Shown here: positions 7,530 to 22,301 of the stretch, one piece after another
Layout of the letters: every line of letters begins with the position of its first letter
How positions within the stretch are numbered: the stretch's first letter is position 1
NCBI GenBank assembly: GCA_040414865.1
Contig: JBEDUR010000133.1
Location: forward strand, 1,104 to 65,103
DNA from: Acidimicrobiales bacterium
Lineage (GTDB): Bacteria; Actinomycetota; Acidimicrobiia; Acidimicrobiales; RAAP-2
Direction: 5' to 3'
DNA length: 64,000 nt
Made by a program: the position numbers and the translations under genes
Notes under the pieces: model-generated
Told to the model about the DNA's origin: nothing
Database searches by the model: none
The model's input: only the letters and a program-made list of their open reading frames with translations

Positions 7530-10500
7530 TTGCCCGCACGGTCCCGCAGCCCCGAACGCGTTTCCTTCGCCAACATCGATGAGGCCCTCACCCTTCCGGA
7601 CCTGATCGCCGTCCAGCGTGACTCGTTCCAGTGGTTCTTGGACAAGGGTCTCGCCGAGGCCTTCGGCGACATCAGCCCGATCGAGGACTTCACCGGCCAG
7701 CTGAGTCTGGAGCTGGAGTTCGACCCCACCGACGGCGACTTGCGGCCACCGCCCAAGTTCTCGGTGGAGGAGTGCAAAGAGAAGGACATGACTTATGCCG
7801 CCCCGGTCTTCGTCCGGGCGCGCTTCTTGAACGCCACCACCGGCGAGATCAAGGAGCAGACGGTCTTCATGGGGGACTTCCCGATGATGACCGACCGGGG
7901 CACCTTCATCGTCAACGGCACCGAGCGTGTCGTGGTGAGCCAGCTGGTCCGCTCGCCGGGCGTCATCTTCCAGCCCGGCCGAGACGCCAAGACCATCTTC
8001 ACCGGCACCATTCACCCCTACCGGGGCGAGTGGATCGAGCTCGACATCGAGGCCAAGCCGTCGCGCGACGTCACTGCTGGTGCCCGCGTGGCCCGCAAGC
8101 GCCGGCTCTCCCTCTTCGTACTCCTCCGGGCGCTCGGCTACGGGGAAGACGAGTTCCTCGAGCGCTTCGTCCGGCATTTCGACTTCCTGGAAGGCCAGTG
8201 GGAGAAGGAGCGGACGCTCGCGCCCAGCCGTGAGGAGGCGCTGCTCGAGATCTACAAGCGAGCCCGACCCGGCGAGCCGCTCTCGGTCGAGGCCGCCCGC
8301 CAGTACTTCGAGAACGCGTTCTTCAACCCCAAGCGCTACGACCTGACCCGAGTCGGCCGCTACAAGCTCAACCGCAAGCTCGGTCCGGAGATCGAGCGGA
8401 TCAGCGAGCTCTTCGAGATCGACCTGGAGCGGCCCGCGCCCGACCAGAGCGTGCTCAGCCCGTCCGAGATCCTGGCCGCCGCCACCTACATGCTGCACCT
8501 CGCCCTGCACATGGCCGACGGCGACTCGACCTACCGGATCGACGACCAGGATCACTTCGCCAACCGGCGGGTGCGCTCGGTCGGCGAGCTGATCCAGAAC
8601 CAGGTTCGGGTCGGGCTGTCGCGGATGGAGCGGGTGGTCCGGGAGCGCATGACCACTCAGGACGTGGAGGCCATCACCCCCCAGACCCTCATCAACATTC
8701 GCCCGGTGGTCGCCGCCGTAAAGGAGTTCTTCGGTACCAGCCAGCTGAGCCAGTTCATGGACCAGGTCAACCCGCTCTCCGGCCTGGCCCACAAGCGCCG
8801 GCTCTCGGCGCTCGGGCCCGGCGGGCTCTCCCGGGAGCGGGCCGGCTTCGAGGTGCGGGACGTCCACAGTTCCCACTACGGGCGGATGTGCCCGATCGAG
8901 ACCCCCGAGGGACCGAACATCGGCCTGATCGGCGCCCTGGCCACCTACGCGCGGGTGAACGAGTACGGCTTCATCGAGACCCCCTACCGCAGGGTGGTCG
9001 ACGGGAAGGTCACCGACGAGGTCGTGTACCTGGCCGCCGATGAAGAGGAAGAGCACGTCATCGCCCAGGCCAATGCGCCGTTGGACGACGCCGGCAACTT
9101 CAGCGAGGACCGCATCCTGGTGCGGCGCGGCCCGCAGGGCACCGGCGTCCGGGTCGGAGTGGCCACCACCACCTACGGCACCACCAGCGAAATCGACTTC
9201 GTGCCGCCGTCCGAGGTGGACCTGATGGACGTCTCGCCGAAGCAGATCGTCTCGGTCTCCACCGCCCTGATCCCCTTCGTCGAGCACGACGATGCCAACC
9301 GGGCCCTGATGGGCGCCAACATGCAGAAGCAGGCGGTGCCGCTGGTCGTCCCGGAGGCGCCTTACATCGGCACCGGCGTCGAGGGCCGGGCCGCCCGTGA
9401 CGCCGGCGACGTCATCGCCGCCGAGGGGGAGGGAACCGTCGTCGAGGTTTCCGGCGACCAGATCGTGGTCGACTACCGACCGGGTCAGAAAGACCGGTTG
9501 GGCCAGAACCTGGGTCGCAAGATCTACCGGCTGGCCAAGTTCCGCCGGTCCAACCAGAACACCTGCATCAACCAGAAGCCCCTCGTGAGCGAGGGCCAGG
9601 GAGTGGCCGTCGGCGAACTGCTGGCCGACGGACCCTCCACCCACAACGGCGAGTTGGCCCTGGGGAAGAACCTCCTCGTCGCGTTCATGCCCTGGGAGGG
9701 CTACAACTACGAGGACGCCATCATCCTCTCGGAGCGCCTGGTGCGCGACGACGTGCTCACCTCGATCCACATCGAAGAGCACGAGGTGGACGCCCGGGAC
9801 ACCAAGCTCGGGGCCGAGGAGATCACCCGGGACATCCCCAACCTCTCCGAGGAGATCCTGGCCGACCTGGACGAGCGGGGCATCATCCGCATCGGGGCCG
9901 AGGTGGGCCCCGGCGACGTCCTGGTCGGCAAGGTCACCCCGAAGGGCGAGACCGAGCAGACCCCCGAGGAGCGCCTGCTCCGGGCGATCTTCGGCGAGAA
10001 GGCCCGCGAGGTTCGGGACACCAGCCTGAAGGTCCCCCACGGGGAGGAGGGCAAGGTCATCGACGTCCGGGTCTTCTCACGCGACAGCTCGCACGAGCTG
10101 CCTCCCGGGGTGAACGAGCTGGTCCGGGTGTATGTAGCCCAGAAGCGCAAGATCTCCGAGGGTGACAAGCTCGCCGGCCGTCACGGGAACAAGGGGGTCA
10201 TCTCCAAGATCCTGCCGATGGAGGACATGCCGTACCTGGCCGACGGCACCCCGGTCGACATCATCTTGAACCCCCTGGGCGTCCCGTCCCGGATGAACGT
10301 CGGCCAGGTGCTCGAGTCCCACCTGGGCTACGCCGCCCGATTCGGCTGGAACGGCGAGACGGCCGAGGCCGACGCGGGCACGAGCGGCCGTGAGGACGGG
10401 ATCGTCCGCAAGACCCGGCCCCGCACCATGCCGGCCAGCTGGATCGCCACGCCGGTGTTCGACGGAGCCCACTGGGACGAGGAGGAGGAGGCCGGCCATC

Positions 10501-11116
10501 ACCAGACCATCAAGGGCCTCTTCAGCGAGCTCCGTCCCGACGCGGCCGACGGCCACGTGCAGATCGGGACCGACGGCAAGGCCAGGCTGTACAACGGCCG
10601 GACCGGCGAGCCCTACGACAACCCGGTGTCGGTCGGCTACGTCTACATCCTGAAGCTGGCCCACCTGGTCGACGACAAGATCCACGCTCGCTCGACCGGG
10701 CCCTACTCGATGATCACCCAGCAGCCCCTCGGTGGGAAGGCCCAGTTCGGCGGGCAGCGGTTCGGGGAGATGGAGGTATGGGCGCTCGAGGCCTTCGGTG
10801 CCGCCTACGCCCTCCAGGAGCTGCTCACCATCAAGTCCGACGACGTCCTCGGCCGGGTCAAGGTGTACGAGGCGATCGTGAAGGGCGAGAACATCCCCGA
10901 GCCCGGGATCCCCGAGAGCTTCAAGGTGCTCATCAAGGAAATGCAGTCCCTGTGCCTCGACGTCGACGTGCTCTCGGTCACCGGCGAGGAGATCGAGATG
11001 CACGAGCTTGACGAGGACGTGTTCCGCACGGCCGAGGAGCTGGGCATCGACATCAGCCGGCCCGAGCGCGGGTCGGACGAGGAGGACGAGCGGCGCGCCG
11101 CGGAGAGGAGTTTCTC

Positions 11117-11120
<4 letters not shown>
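7530..11120 (+). CDS. rpoB: DNA-directed RNA polymerase subunit beta
   Basis: ORF 7380-11120. Start assigned to the in-frame TTG at 7530, 8 nt after GGAGGA, giving [37 protein letters not shown], which fits the family N-terminus. Conserved blocks include GFEVRDVH and NMQKQAVPL. Confidence 0.95.
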
Positions 11121-15136
<4,016 letters not shown>

Positions 15137-15242
15137 GGTCGGTAGGCCGCAGGAGGCCCGAGGGTCAGGCTGCCCGGCCCGGGGTCACCCGGTCTCCGCA
15201 TGGCGCGATGGGCCGGTGTCGGTCGGCCGCGCTCGGAGCTCC

Positions 15243-15251
15243 TGGTAGAAT
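15243..15251 (+). promoter_or_regulatory. Candidate extended -10 element upstream of rpsL
   Basis: TGgTAGAAT at 15243-15251, about 130 nt before the rpsL start. No convincing -35. Confidence 0.3.
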
Positions 15252-15382
15252 GATGTGGTTCGCGGGAGCGTCCGCCTTCGGGTGTTGTGCCTGGTGGCGG
15301 CGTTCCGTAACATCGCTGTGCTTTGCGTCCGGTCGCGGCTCGAACGCAAGCATCCCAAACGTTCACTCGACGAGGTAGGCGC

Positions 15383-15754
15383 GTGCCGACGATCGCCCAG
15401 CTGGTGCGGAACGGGCGCCAGACCAAGGACACCAAGACCAAGACCCCGGCGCTCAAGGGCGCGCCTCAGCGGCGGGGTGTCTGCACGCGCGTCTACACGT
15501 TCACCCCGAAGAAGCCGAACTCGGCCCTGCGCAAGGTGGCTCGGGTCCGTCTGACGAGCGGGGTGGAGATCACCGCTTACATCCCTGGAGTCGGGCACAA
15601 CCTCCAGGAGCACTCGATCGTGCTCGTGCGGGGAGGCCGTGTCCGGGACCTGCCCGGGGTTCGCTACAAGGTCATCCGTGGTGCGCTGGACGCCTCGGGA
15701 GTGCGCGAGCGCGCCCAGGCTCGCAGCCGCTACGGCGCAAAGAAGGAGTCCTAG
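15383..15754 (+). CDS. rpsL: 30S ribosomal protein S12
   Basis: In-frame GTG giving [13 protein letters not shown]...[26 protein letters not shown]. 123 aa. Confidence 0.95.
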   Translation: MPTIAQLVRNGRQTKDTKTKTPALKGAPQRRGVCTRVYTFTPKKPNSALRKVARVRLTSGVEITAYIPGVGHNLQEHSIVLVRGGRVRDLPGVRYKVIRGALDASGVRERAQARSRYGAKKES

Positions 15755-16224
15755 TGCCACGCAACGGCCCCGCCCAGCGCCGCGAGCTTCCCCCCGACCC
15801 CGTCTACCGTTCGGTCCTGGTCACCCAGGTGGTGAACAAGGTCCTCTCCCGGGGCAAGCGGACCCTGTCCGAGCACATCGTCTACTCGGCCCTCGACCTG
15901 GTCTCGGAGCGGGGCGGCTCGGACCCGATCGCCTCGCTCAAGCGGGCCATCGAGAACACGCGCCCCGAGCTCGAGGTCAAGAGCCGCCGGGTCGGCGGAG
16001 CCACGTACCAGGTCCCGGTCGAAGTCCGGCCCCGCCGGGCGACCACCCTGGCCATCCGTTGGCTGGTCGGCTACGCCAGGCAGCGTCGGGACAAGACGAT
16101 GGCCGAGCGGTTGGCCGGCGAGATCCTCGACGCCTCGAACGGAGTGGGCAACGCCGTGAAGCGGCGCGAGGACATGCACAAGATGGCCGAGTCCAACAAG
16201 GCCTTCGCCCACTACCGCTGGTAG
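15754..16224 (+). CDS. rpsG: 30S ribosomal protein S7
   Basis: 156 aa, [31 protein letters not shown]...; the start overlaps the rpsL stop by 1 nt. Confidence 0.95.
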   Translation: MPRNGPAQRRELPPDPVYRSVLVTQVVNKVLSRGKRTLSEHIVYSALDLVSERGGSDPIASLKRAIENTRPELEVKSRRVGGATYQVPVEVRPRRATTLAIRWLVGYARQRRDKTMAERLAGEILDASNGVGNAVKRREDMHKMAESNKAFAHYRW

Positions 16225-16248
16225 TTCCCCGCACCGAAGAAGAGCATC

Positions 16249-18345
16249 ATGGCTGATCCCCTTCCGATCCGCGAATTTCCGCTTGCTCGGACCCGAAACA
16301 TCGGGATCATGGCGCACATCGACGCGGGCAAGACGACGACCACCGAGCGGATCCTCTACTACACCGGCCGCAACTACAAGATGGGCGAGGTCCACGAGGG
16401 CGCCGCCACCATGGACTGGATGGTCCAGGAACAAGAGCGCGGCATCACGATCACCTCGGCCGCCACGACCTGCCGCTGGCGCGACACCTGGATCAACATC
16501 ATCGACACCCCCGGCCACGTCGACTTCACGGTCGAGGTCGAGCGGTCGCTGCGCGTCCTGGACGGAGCCGTGGCGATCTTCGACGCGGTGGCGGGAGTCG
16601 AACCGCAGACCGAGACGGTGTGGCGGCAGGCCAACAAGTACCGGGTCCCCCGCATTTGCTTCGTGAACAAGATGGACCGGGTCGGAGCCGACTTCGGCCG
16701 GACCGTCGAGATGATCCGGGACCGCCTTGACGCCCTGCCGGCGGTCGTCCAGCTCCCGGTCGGGGTGGAGGCCGGGTTCAGGGGAGTGGTCGATCTCCTG
16801 GAGCAGACCGCCCTCGTCTGGGAGGACGGCATGGGGGAGCAGTGGTCCGAGACCGAGATCCCCGCCGAGCTTGCCCGTTCGGCCGAAGAGGCACGCCACC
16901 AGCTGATCGACGTGCTCAGCAACTTCGATGACTCGATCATGGAGAAGTACCTGGCCGACGAGAAGATCACCGGCGACGATCTGCGCAGTTCGCTGCGCCA
17001 GGCGACGCTCGAGTCTCAGGTGGTGCCGGTCCTCTGCGGTTCGGCCTTCAAGAACAAAGGCGTCCAGCCGATGCTCGACGCGGTGGTGGACTATCTCCCG
17101 AGCCCGCTCGACCTGCCGCCGACCGAGGGCACGATCCCGGGGAGCGACATGGTGGACCTGCGGACGCCCGAGGACGACGCTCCCTTCTCCGCCTTGGCCT
17201 TCAAGATCATGACCGACCCCTACGTGGGCAAGCTCACCTACCTGCGCGTGTACTCGGGCACCCTGCGCAAGGGGGGCACCGTCGTCAACTCGACCAAGGC
17301 CAAGCGGGAGCGGGTCGGCCGCCTGCTCCAGATGCACGCCAACCACCGGGAGGACAAAGACGCCATCTTCTCGGGCGACATCGTGGCTGCGGTCGGTCTC
17401 AAGGTCACCTCGACCGGGGACACCCTGTGCGACCCGGCTCACCCGATCCTGCTCGAGGCCCTGGTCTTCCCCGAGCCGGTCATCCACGTGGCGGTCGAGC
17501 CCAAGACCAAGGCCGACCAGGACAAGCTGTCCCGGGCGCTGTTCAGCCTGTCCGAGGAGGATCCGACCTTCCGGGTTCGCACCGACGAAGAGACCGGCCA
17601 GACGGTCATCTCGGGCATGGGCGAGCTGCACCTCGAGGTCCTGGTCGACCGGATGCTGCGGGAGTTCAGCGTCGATGCCAATGTGGGCAAGCCGCAGGTG
17701 GCCTACCGGGAGACCATCCGCCGGGCGGTCCGGAACGTTCCCGGCCGCTACGTGCGTCAGACCGGTGGCCGGGGCCAGTACGGCCATGCCGTCATCAACC
17801 TGGAGCCCACCGGTCCCGGCGGTGGCTACGAGTTCGTGGACAAGATCACCGGAGGGGCCATCCCCAAGGAGTACATCCCCTCGGTCGACGCCGGGATCCA
17901 GGAGGCCCTCACCTCGGGGGTCCTGGCCGGGTACCCGACCGTGGACGTCCGGGTGACTCTGGTCGACGGCTCCTACCACGAGGTCGACTCCTCGGAGATG
18001 GCCTACAAGATCGCCGGGTCCATGGCCGTGAAGGAGGCTGCCCGCCAGGCCGGGCCCGTGCTCTTGGAGCCGGTGATGGCGGTCGAGGCGGTGACCCCCG
18101 AGGAGTACATGGGCGACGTCATGGGGGACCTCTCAGCCCGCCGGGGCCGGGTCGAAGGCATCGAACAGCGCGGGAACAGCCAGGTGGTGCGGGCACAGGT
18201 ACCGCTGGCAGAGATGTTCGGCTACGCTACCGATCTGCGTTCTCGCACGCAGGGCCGGGCCACGTACACGATGCAGTTCGAGGCCTACAGCGAGGTGCCC
18301 GAGTCGATCTCCCGTGAGATCGTTGCCCGGGCCCGCGGGGAGTAG
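16249..18345 (+). CDS. fusA: Elongation factor G
   Basis: 698 aa. G1 motif AHIDAGKTT, then DTPGHVDF and NKMD. Confidence 0.97.
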   Translation: MADPLPIREFPLARTRNIGIMAHIDAGKTTTTERILYYTGRNYKMGEVHEGAATMDWMVQEQERGITITSAATTCRWRDTWINIIDTPGHVDFTVEVERSLRVLDGAVAIFDAVAGVEPQTETVWRQANKYRVPRICFVNKMDRVGADFGRTVEMIRDRLDALPAVVQLPVGVEAGFRGVVDLLEQTALVWEDGMGEQWSETEIPAELARSAEEARHQLIDVLSNFDDSIMEKYLADEKITGDDLRSSLRQATLESQVVPVLCGSAFKNKGVQPMLDAVVDYLPSPLDLPPTEGTIPGSDMVDLRTPEDDAPFSALAFKIMTDPYVGKLTYLRVYSGTLRKGGTVVNSTKAKRERVGRLLQMHANHREDKDAIFSGDIVAAVGLKVTSTGDTLCDPAHPILLEALVFPEPVIHVAVEPKTKADQDKLSRALFSLSEEDPTFRVRTDEETGQTVISGMGELHLEVLVDRMLREFSVDANVGKPQVAYRETIRRAVRNVPGRYVRQTGGRGQYGHAVINLEPTGPGGGYEFVDKITGGAIPKEYIPSVDAGIQEALTSGVLAGYPTVDVRVTLVDGSYHEVDSSEMAYKIAGSMAVKEAARQAGPVLLEPVMAVEAVTPEEYMGDVMGDLSARRGRVEGIEQRGNSQVVRAQVPLAEMFGYATDLRSRTQGRATYTMQFEAYSEVPESISREIVARARGE

Positions 18346-18442
18346 GGCTCGGTCCCCGAAGGCGACACACACAAGGGCGACGGGTGATCGTCGCGGCGGG
18401 TCGGGATTGGATCCGCCCTAGAGCAGGAGCAGTCCACCAGAC

Positions 18443-19630
18443 ATGGCCAAGCAGAAGTTCGAGCGGACGAAGCCCCACGTAAACGTGGGCACGATGGGCC
18501 ACATCGACCACGGCAAGACCACGCTGACAGCTGCCATCACCAAGGTGCTCGCCGAGGCCAACCCCAACACCCAGTTCACCTCGTTCGATCAGATCGACAA
18601 GGCACCAGAAGAGAAGCAGCGGGGCATCACGATCACGATCGCCCACGTCGAGTACGAGACGCCCAACCGGCACTACGCCCACGTCGACATGCCGGGCCAC
18701 GCCGACTACATCAAGAACATGATCACCGGCGCCGCCCAGGTGGACGGGGCCATCCTCGTGGTCTCGGCGGCCGACGGCCCGATGCCCCAGACCCGTGAGC
18801 ACGTCGTCTTGGCCCGCCAGGTTGGCGTGCCCTCGATCGTCGTCGCCCTGAACAAGGCCGACATGGTTGACGACGAGGAGTTGCTCGACCTGGTCGAGCT
18901 GGAGGTCCGCGAGCTGCTGAACGAGTACGAGTTCCCGGGCGACGACACTCCGGTTGTCAGGGTGTCGGCGCTCAAGGCGCTCGAGGGCGACCCCGAGTGG
19001 ACGCCCAAGATCGACGAGCTGATGGAGGCGGTCGACAGCTTCATCCCCGAGCCCGCTCGGATCGTGGACCGGCCTTTCCAGATGCCGATCGAAGACGTCA
19101 TGTCGATCACCGGACGGGGCACGGTGGTGACCGGCAAGATCGAGCAGGGGGTCATCCACGTCGGCGACGACGTCGAGATCGTCGGGCTGCGCGAAACCCA
19201 GAAGTCGGTGGTCACCGGAGTCGAGATGTTCCGCAAGCTGCTCGATGAGGGCCAGGCCGGGGACAACGTCGGCCTCCTCTTGCGGGGCATTCGCAAGGAG
19301 GAGGTCGAGCGCGGGCAGGTCGTCTGCAAGCCCGGCTCGATCACCCCGCACACCAACTTCGAGGCGAACGTCTACATCCTGACCAAGGAGGAGGGCGGTC
19401 GTCACAAGCCCTTCTTCAACAACTACCGGCCGCAGTTCTACTTCCGGACGACGGACGTGACCGGGGCCATCCAGCTCCCGTCGGGGACCGAGATGGTCAT
19501 GCCCGGCGACACGACCGAGATGACTGTGGAGCTGGGCAAGCCGATCGCCATGGACGAGGGCCTGCGCTTCGCCATCCGAGAGGGTGGTCGCACGGTCGGT
19601 GCCGGGCGGGTCACCAAGATCATCAAGTAA
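18443..19630 (+). CDS. tuf: Elongation factor Tu
   Basis: 395 aa, [28 protein letters not shown]..., [12 protein letters not shown]. Confidence 0.98.
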   Translation: MAKQKFERTKPHVNVGTMGHIDHGKTTLTAAITKVLAEANPNTQFTSFDQIDKAPEEKQRGITITIAHVEYETPNRHYAHVDMPGHADYIKNMITGAAQVDGAILVVSAADGPMPQTREHVVLARQVGVPSIVVALNKADMVDDEELLDLVELEVRELLNEYEFPGDDTPVVRVSALKALEGDPEWTPKIDELMEAVDSFIPEPARIVDRPFQMPIEDVMSITGRGTVVTGKIEQGVIHVGDDVEIVGLRETQKSVVTGVEMFRKLLDEGQAGDNVGLLLRGIRKEEVERGQVVCKPGSITPHTNFEANVYILTKEEGGRHKPFFNNYRPQFYFRTTDVTGAIQLPSGTEMVMPGDTTEMTVELGKPIAMDEGLRFAIREGGRTVGAGRVTKIIK

Positions 19631-19650
19631 GCGGTCGGAGGACACTCGCC

Positions 19651-19977
19651 ATGCCCGATGGCCCGCGCCAGAAGATCAGGATTCGGCTCAAGGCCTACGA
19701 CCACGAGGTCCTCGACCAGTCGACCGAGAAGATCGTCCAGACCGTGCTGCGCACACAAGCCAAGGTCCAGGGGCCGGTGCCGTTGCCCACGGACAAGCAC
19801 CGCTATACGGTGATCCGCTCACCGCACAAGTACAAGGACTCGCGCGAGCACTTCGAGATGCGGGTGCACAAGCGCCTTGTCGACATCGTCGAGCACACCC
19901 CCAAGACAGTCGACTCCCTGCAGCGGCTGGACCTCCCGGCCGGGGTGTTCATCGAGATCAAGATTCAGAACGCCTGA
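19651..19977 (+). CDS. rpsJ: 30S ribosomal protein S10
   Basis: 108 aa, [18 protein letters not shown]...[21 protein letters not shown]. Confidence 0.96.
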   Translation: MPDGPRQKIRIRLKAYDHEVLDQSTEKIVQTVLRTQAKVQGPVPLPTDKHRYTVIRSPHKYKDSREHFEMRVHKRLVDIVEHTPKTVDSLQRLDLPAGVFIEIKIQNA

Positions 19978-19980
19978 CCC

Positions 19981-20010
19981 GTCTCTTCGTAGCCGATAGC
20001 TACGAGAGAC
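19981..20010 (+). terminator. Strong hairpin immediately after the rpsJ stop (possible U-tract-less terminator or boundary element)
   Basis: GTCTCT-t-CGTAGC cgata GCTACG-AGAGAC: 12 bp with one bulge and a 5-nt loop, starting 4 nt after the TGA at 19975-19977. No downstream T run. Confidence 0.4.
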
Positions 20011-20109
20011 ATGTAGCGGTGGTGGCGCAATCGGCTGTCCCGGATCTGCGCGTTCGTGTGGGTCGCCGCCCACTTGCCCGCCTTTGGGACCTATGCAACC
20101 GTTCGGTTC

Positions 20110-20487
20110 ATGACGGAGCCAGGCAAAGCTGACTTCACGAATGTGATCCCAGTCCTTCCGGCGAGGGACGTGGCCGAGGCCGTGCGCTTCTATGTCGATC
20201 GTCTTGGGTTCGAAGTGACCTTCCACGAGGGGGACTACGCAGCAGTCCGTCGAGGAGGTGTCGTGCTACACCTGCAGTTTCAGTTCGAGCGGGACTTCGA
20301 AGCTGGCACGGCTGGACAATGCATGCTCCGCCTCTTCGTAGATGACCCAGACCTCCTATTTGACGAATATAAGGATGAGGGTGTCTTCCACGAGGGGACG
20401 CAACTCAGCGACACCGAATGGGGTACACGAGAGTTCGCGTTCTGGGACCTCAACCACAACGGCCTTACGTTCCTGCGGGACCTCTAA
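20110..20487 (+). CDS. VOC/glyoxalase-bleomycin-resistance family protein
   Basis: In-frame ATG giving MTEPGKADFTNVIPVLPARDVAEAVRFYVDRLGFEVTF...LHLQF...TEWGTREFAFWDLNHNGLTF, a bleomycin-resistance-like fold pattern. No clear Shine-Dalgarno, so the start is uncertain (alternative 20056). Confidence 0.7.
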   Translation: MTEPGKADFTNVIPVLPARDVAEAVRFYVDRLGFEVTFHEGDYAAVRRGGVVLHLQFQFERDFEAGTAGQCMLRLFVDDPDLLFDEYKDEGVFHEGTQLSDTEWGTREFAFWDLNHNGLTFLRDL

Positions 20488-20737
20488 TAGCCCACTCAGA
20501 GACGTCCGGAAGTCTCAGCCGAGATGAAGCCAGCGAGGGCAGGTGCTCCTCCGAGAGGCTTCCATTGTCATGTTTCGCACAGTGACCGGCCGTCAATGAG
20601 CGCCCGTTGTGATTGCTCCCTCCGACCTTGACTGCCTCCGTTGGGTGTATCGAACCGATACAACCCGTCTCGGTAGGGTCGGCGATGTCACTTGCAGATC
20701 GCAATCGGTTGTGTGGATCCGGTGCGGAGGGAATGGG

Positions 20738-21262
20738 ATGGCAGCGGAGGACGTAGCAGCGGAGATCCATGGGTTCAGCGAGCCGGACGCGACGCCGACG
20801 CCGTGGGCGGCGGGACTTGAGCAGTTACTTGCCGCGGACACCTTCTGGCTATCTACCGTCCGTCCCGACGGCCGACCGCACGTCACGCCGCTGATCGCTG
20901 TTTGGCACGCGGAGGCGCTCTGGTTTGCCACCGGACCCGGTGAGCGCAAAGCGAGGAATCTTGCCGAGAACCCGTCGTGCGTGCTGACGACCGGGCGCAG
21001 CGACCTCGTCGAGGGAGCGCTTGACGTCGTGCTCGAGGGCAAGGCCGAGGAGGTGACCGACGACGCCGAGCTCGAGCCGGTTGCGACCGCGTTCGCGGTC
21101 AAGTACCCGACCGGTCCGTGGGACTTCGTCGTGCGCGACGGGGCATTCAGCGACCGGGATGCCGGTGGGCGCGTGCTCGTGTTTCGGGTGCGCCCGGTGC
21201 GAGGCCTGGGGTTCCGCAAGGGCGATCGCTTCAGCCAGACGACCTGGCGGGGCTTCCGATGA
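20738..21262 (+). CDS. Pyridoxamine 5-prime-phosphate oxidase (PPOX)-like flavin/F420-binding split-barrel protein
   Basis: ATG preceded by GGAGGG. MAAEDV...FWLSTVRPDGRPHVTPLIAVWHAEALWFATGPGERKARNLAENPSCVL is typical of actinobacterial PPOX-class proteins. Confidence 0.7.
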   Translation: MAAEDVAAEIHGFSEPDATPTPWAAGLEQLLAADTFWLSTVRPDGRPHVTPLIAVWHAEALWFATGPGERKARNLAENPSCVLTTGRSDLVEGALDVVLEGKAEEVTDDAELEPVATAFAVKYPTGPWDFVVRDGAFSDRDAGGRVLVFRVRPVRGLGFRKGDRFSQTTWRGFR

Positions 21263-21332
21263 CTCCAGACACCTCAGAGGGAACCAGGTGGACTGCGTTT
21301 CGAGGGGATCTTGTCAGCGGACTGCCGACTCG

Positions 21333-21803
21333 TTATGTAGCCAGTTCGGCGAGGTGGGCGAGCGAGTTGTCCAGGTGGTCCGGAGAGAAGGGCGGGAATC
21401 CGATGCGCTCTCGGATGGGGTCCGGGACGGCTGACCAGTCATGGGAGAGCGTGACTGTGGTGTTCGAGGGTCCAGCTGGCGTGAGGTCGTAGCGCCAGAC
21501 CCAGCCGCCGAAACGCTGGGTACCGCCGGCGACGTCCTGCCCCGGCTTCCAGGAGATGGCACTCGGCGGGTCGAACACCTCGACGCGGTTGGCCATCTGG
21601 TAGGTACCGTCCGGATGGTTCGGGTGGTACATGGTCATCCGGAAGATCTGCCCTTCGGCCGTCAACGGCTCGCTGTCGAGGCTTGCGCGGACCCAGCCGG
21701 TGCCATCGATCGCGGCGTGCTTTGCTGGCTCCGCCAGGATGGCGAAGATGGCGTCCGCCGGGGCCTTGATGACCGTGGTCGCGCTGACACGCTCGTCCGC
21801 CAT
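21333..21803 (-). CDS. SRPBCC (START/polyketide-cyclase-like) family protein
   Basis: 156-aa ORF MADERVSATTVIKAPADAIFAILAEPAKHAAIDGTGWV...WVWRYDLTPAGPSNTTVTLSHDW. It lies opposite in orientation to the ribosomal operon. Confidence 0.65.
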   Translation of the reverse strand: MADERVSATTVIKAPADAIFAILAEPAKHAAIDGTGWVRASLDSEPLTAEGQIFRMTMYHPNHPDGTYQMANRVEVFDPPSAISWKPGQDVAGGTQRFGGWVWRYDLTPAGPSNTTVTLSHDWSAVPDPIRERIGFPPFSPDHLDNSLAHLAELAT

Positions 21804-22301
21804 TGGGCTACCTCCTCATGAGCTGAGCCTGTCCCTGGTTCTGACGTTCACCAGGTCCGGGACTCATCGTTGGCGTCGCCACCGCCCAGACGGCCATCCT
21901 CCTCCCAGGTTCCGCTCCGGGACCAGGGACGACCCAGAACGCCCTACCCCGAGCGGCGGCCGAGGACTCCTGGGGCATCTCGCCGTCTACGGGCACCTCT
22001 CCGGCCGGCCCGCCGAGGCCAGTGGCGGGGGGAGGCCGGAGTCCCCTTGTCCCACCGCTCGTACCTGGGGGTCCTCCGCCCTCGGGACCACACCCGCCGT
22101 AGCGAAGTGGCCAGGACCTGGTGTAACCTACTCAACCGGGCCAAAACCCGATTCCCGGCGGCCCCCCCACCAGCAGATGTGCTCGAGCGCCCGGCCGTGC
22201 CGGGGACCTCGGGCCAGCGCAGACGAGCGCTCCGCTCGGGGTCACCGGGCGGAGCGTTGGCATGCACGAGGCCCTCCGGGCCGCTCAGGAAAGACGCGCA
22301 A

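Noticed and set aside
7446-10040. 864-aa ORF antisense to rpoB. Similar long antisense ORFs lie at 10805-13039, 13049-14569 and 15751-17979.
   Set aside because: These are shadow ORFs typical of high-GC DNA. Their translations are Gly/Arg/Asp/Pro/Leu-rich with no recognisable motifs, and they lie entirely opposite unmistakable rpoB, rpoC and fusA genes.
20524-20631. 35-codon Cys/His-containing small ORF (MKPARAGAPPRGFHCHVSH...CDCSLRP) in the VOC-PPOX spacer
   Set aside because: It has no convincing Shine-Dalgarno, no recognisable family, and its length is within chance expectation. It is noted only because the spacer is otherwise unexplained.
19977-20685. Possible direct repeats flanking part of the insertion (acccgtctc at 19977-19985 and about 20663-20671)
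   Set aside because: Only 9 nt are shared and the second copy is internal to the block, not at its far edge. This is compatible with chance.
21870-22301. 144-codon in-frame upstream extension of rplC
   Set aside because: It has Arg/Pro-rich low-information sequence. The L3 family N-terminus (..KAIVGEKVGMTQVW) begins at GTG 22302, which has a well-spaced Shine-Dalgarno.
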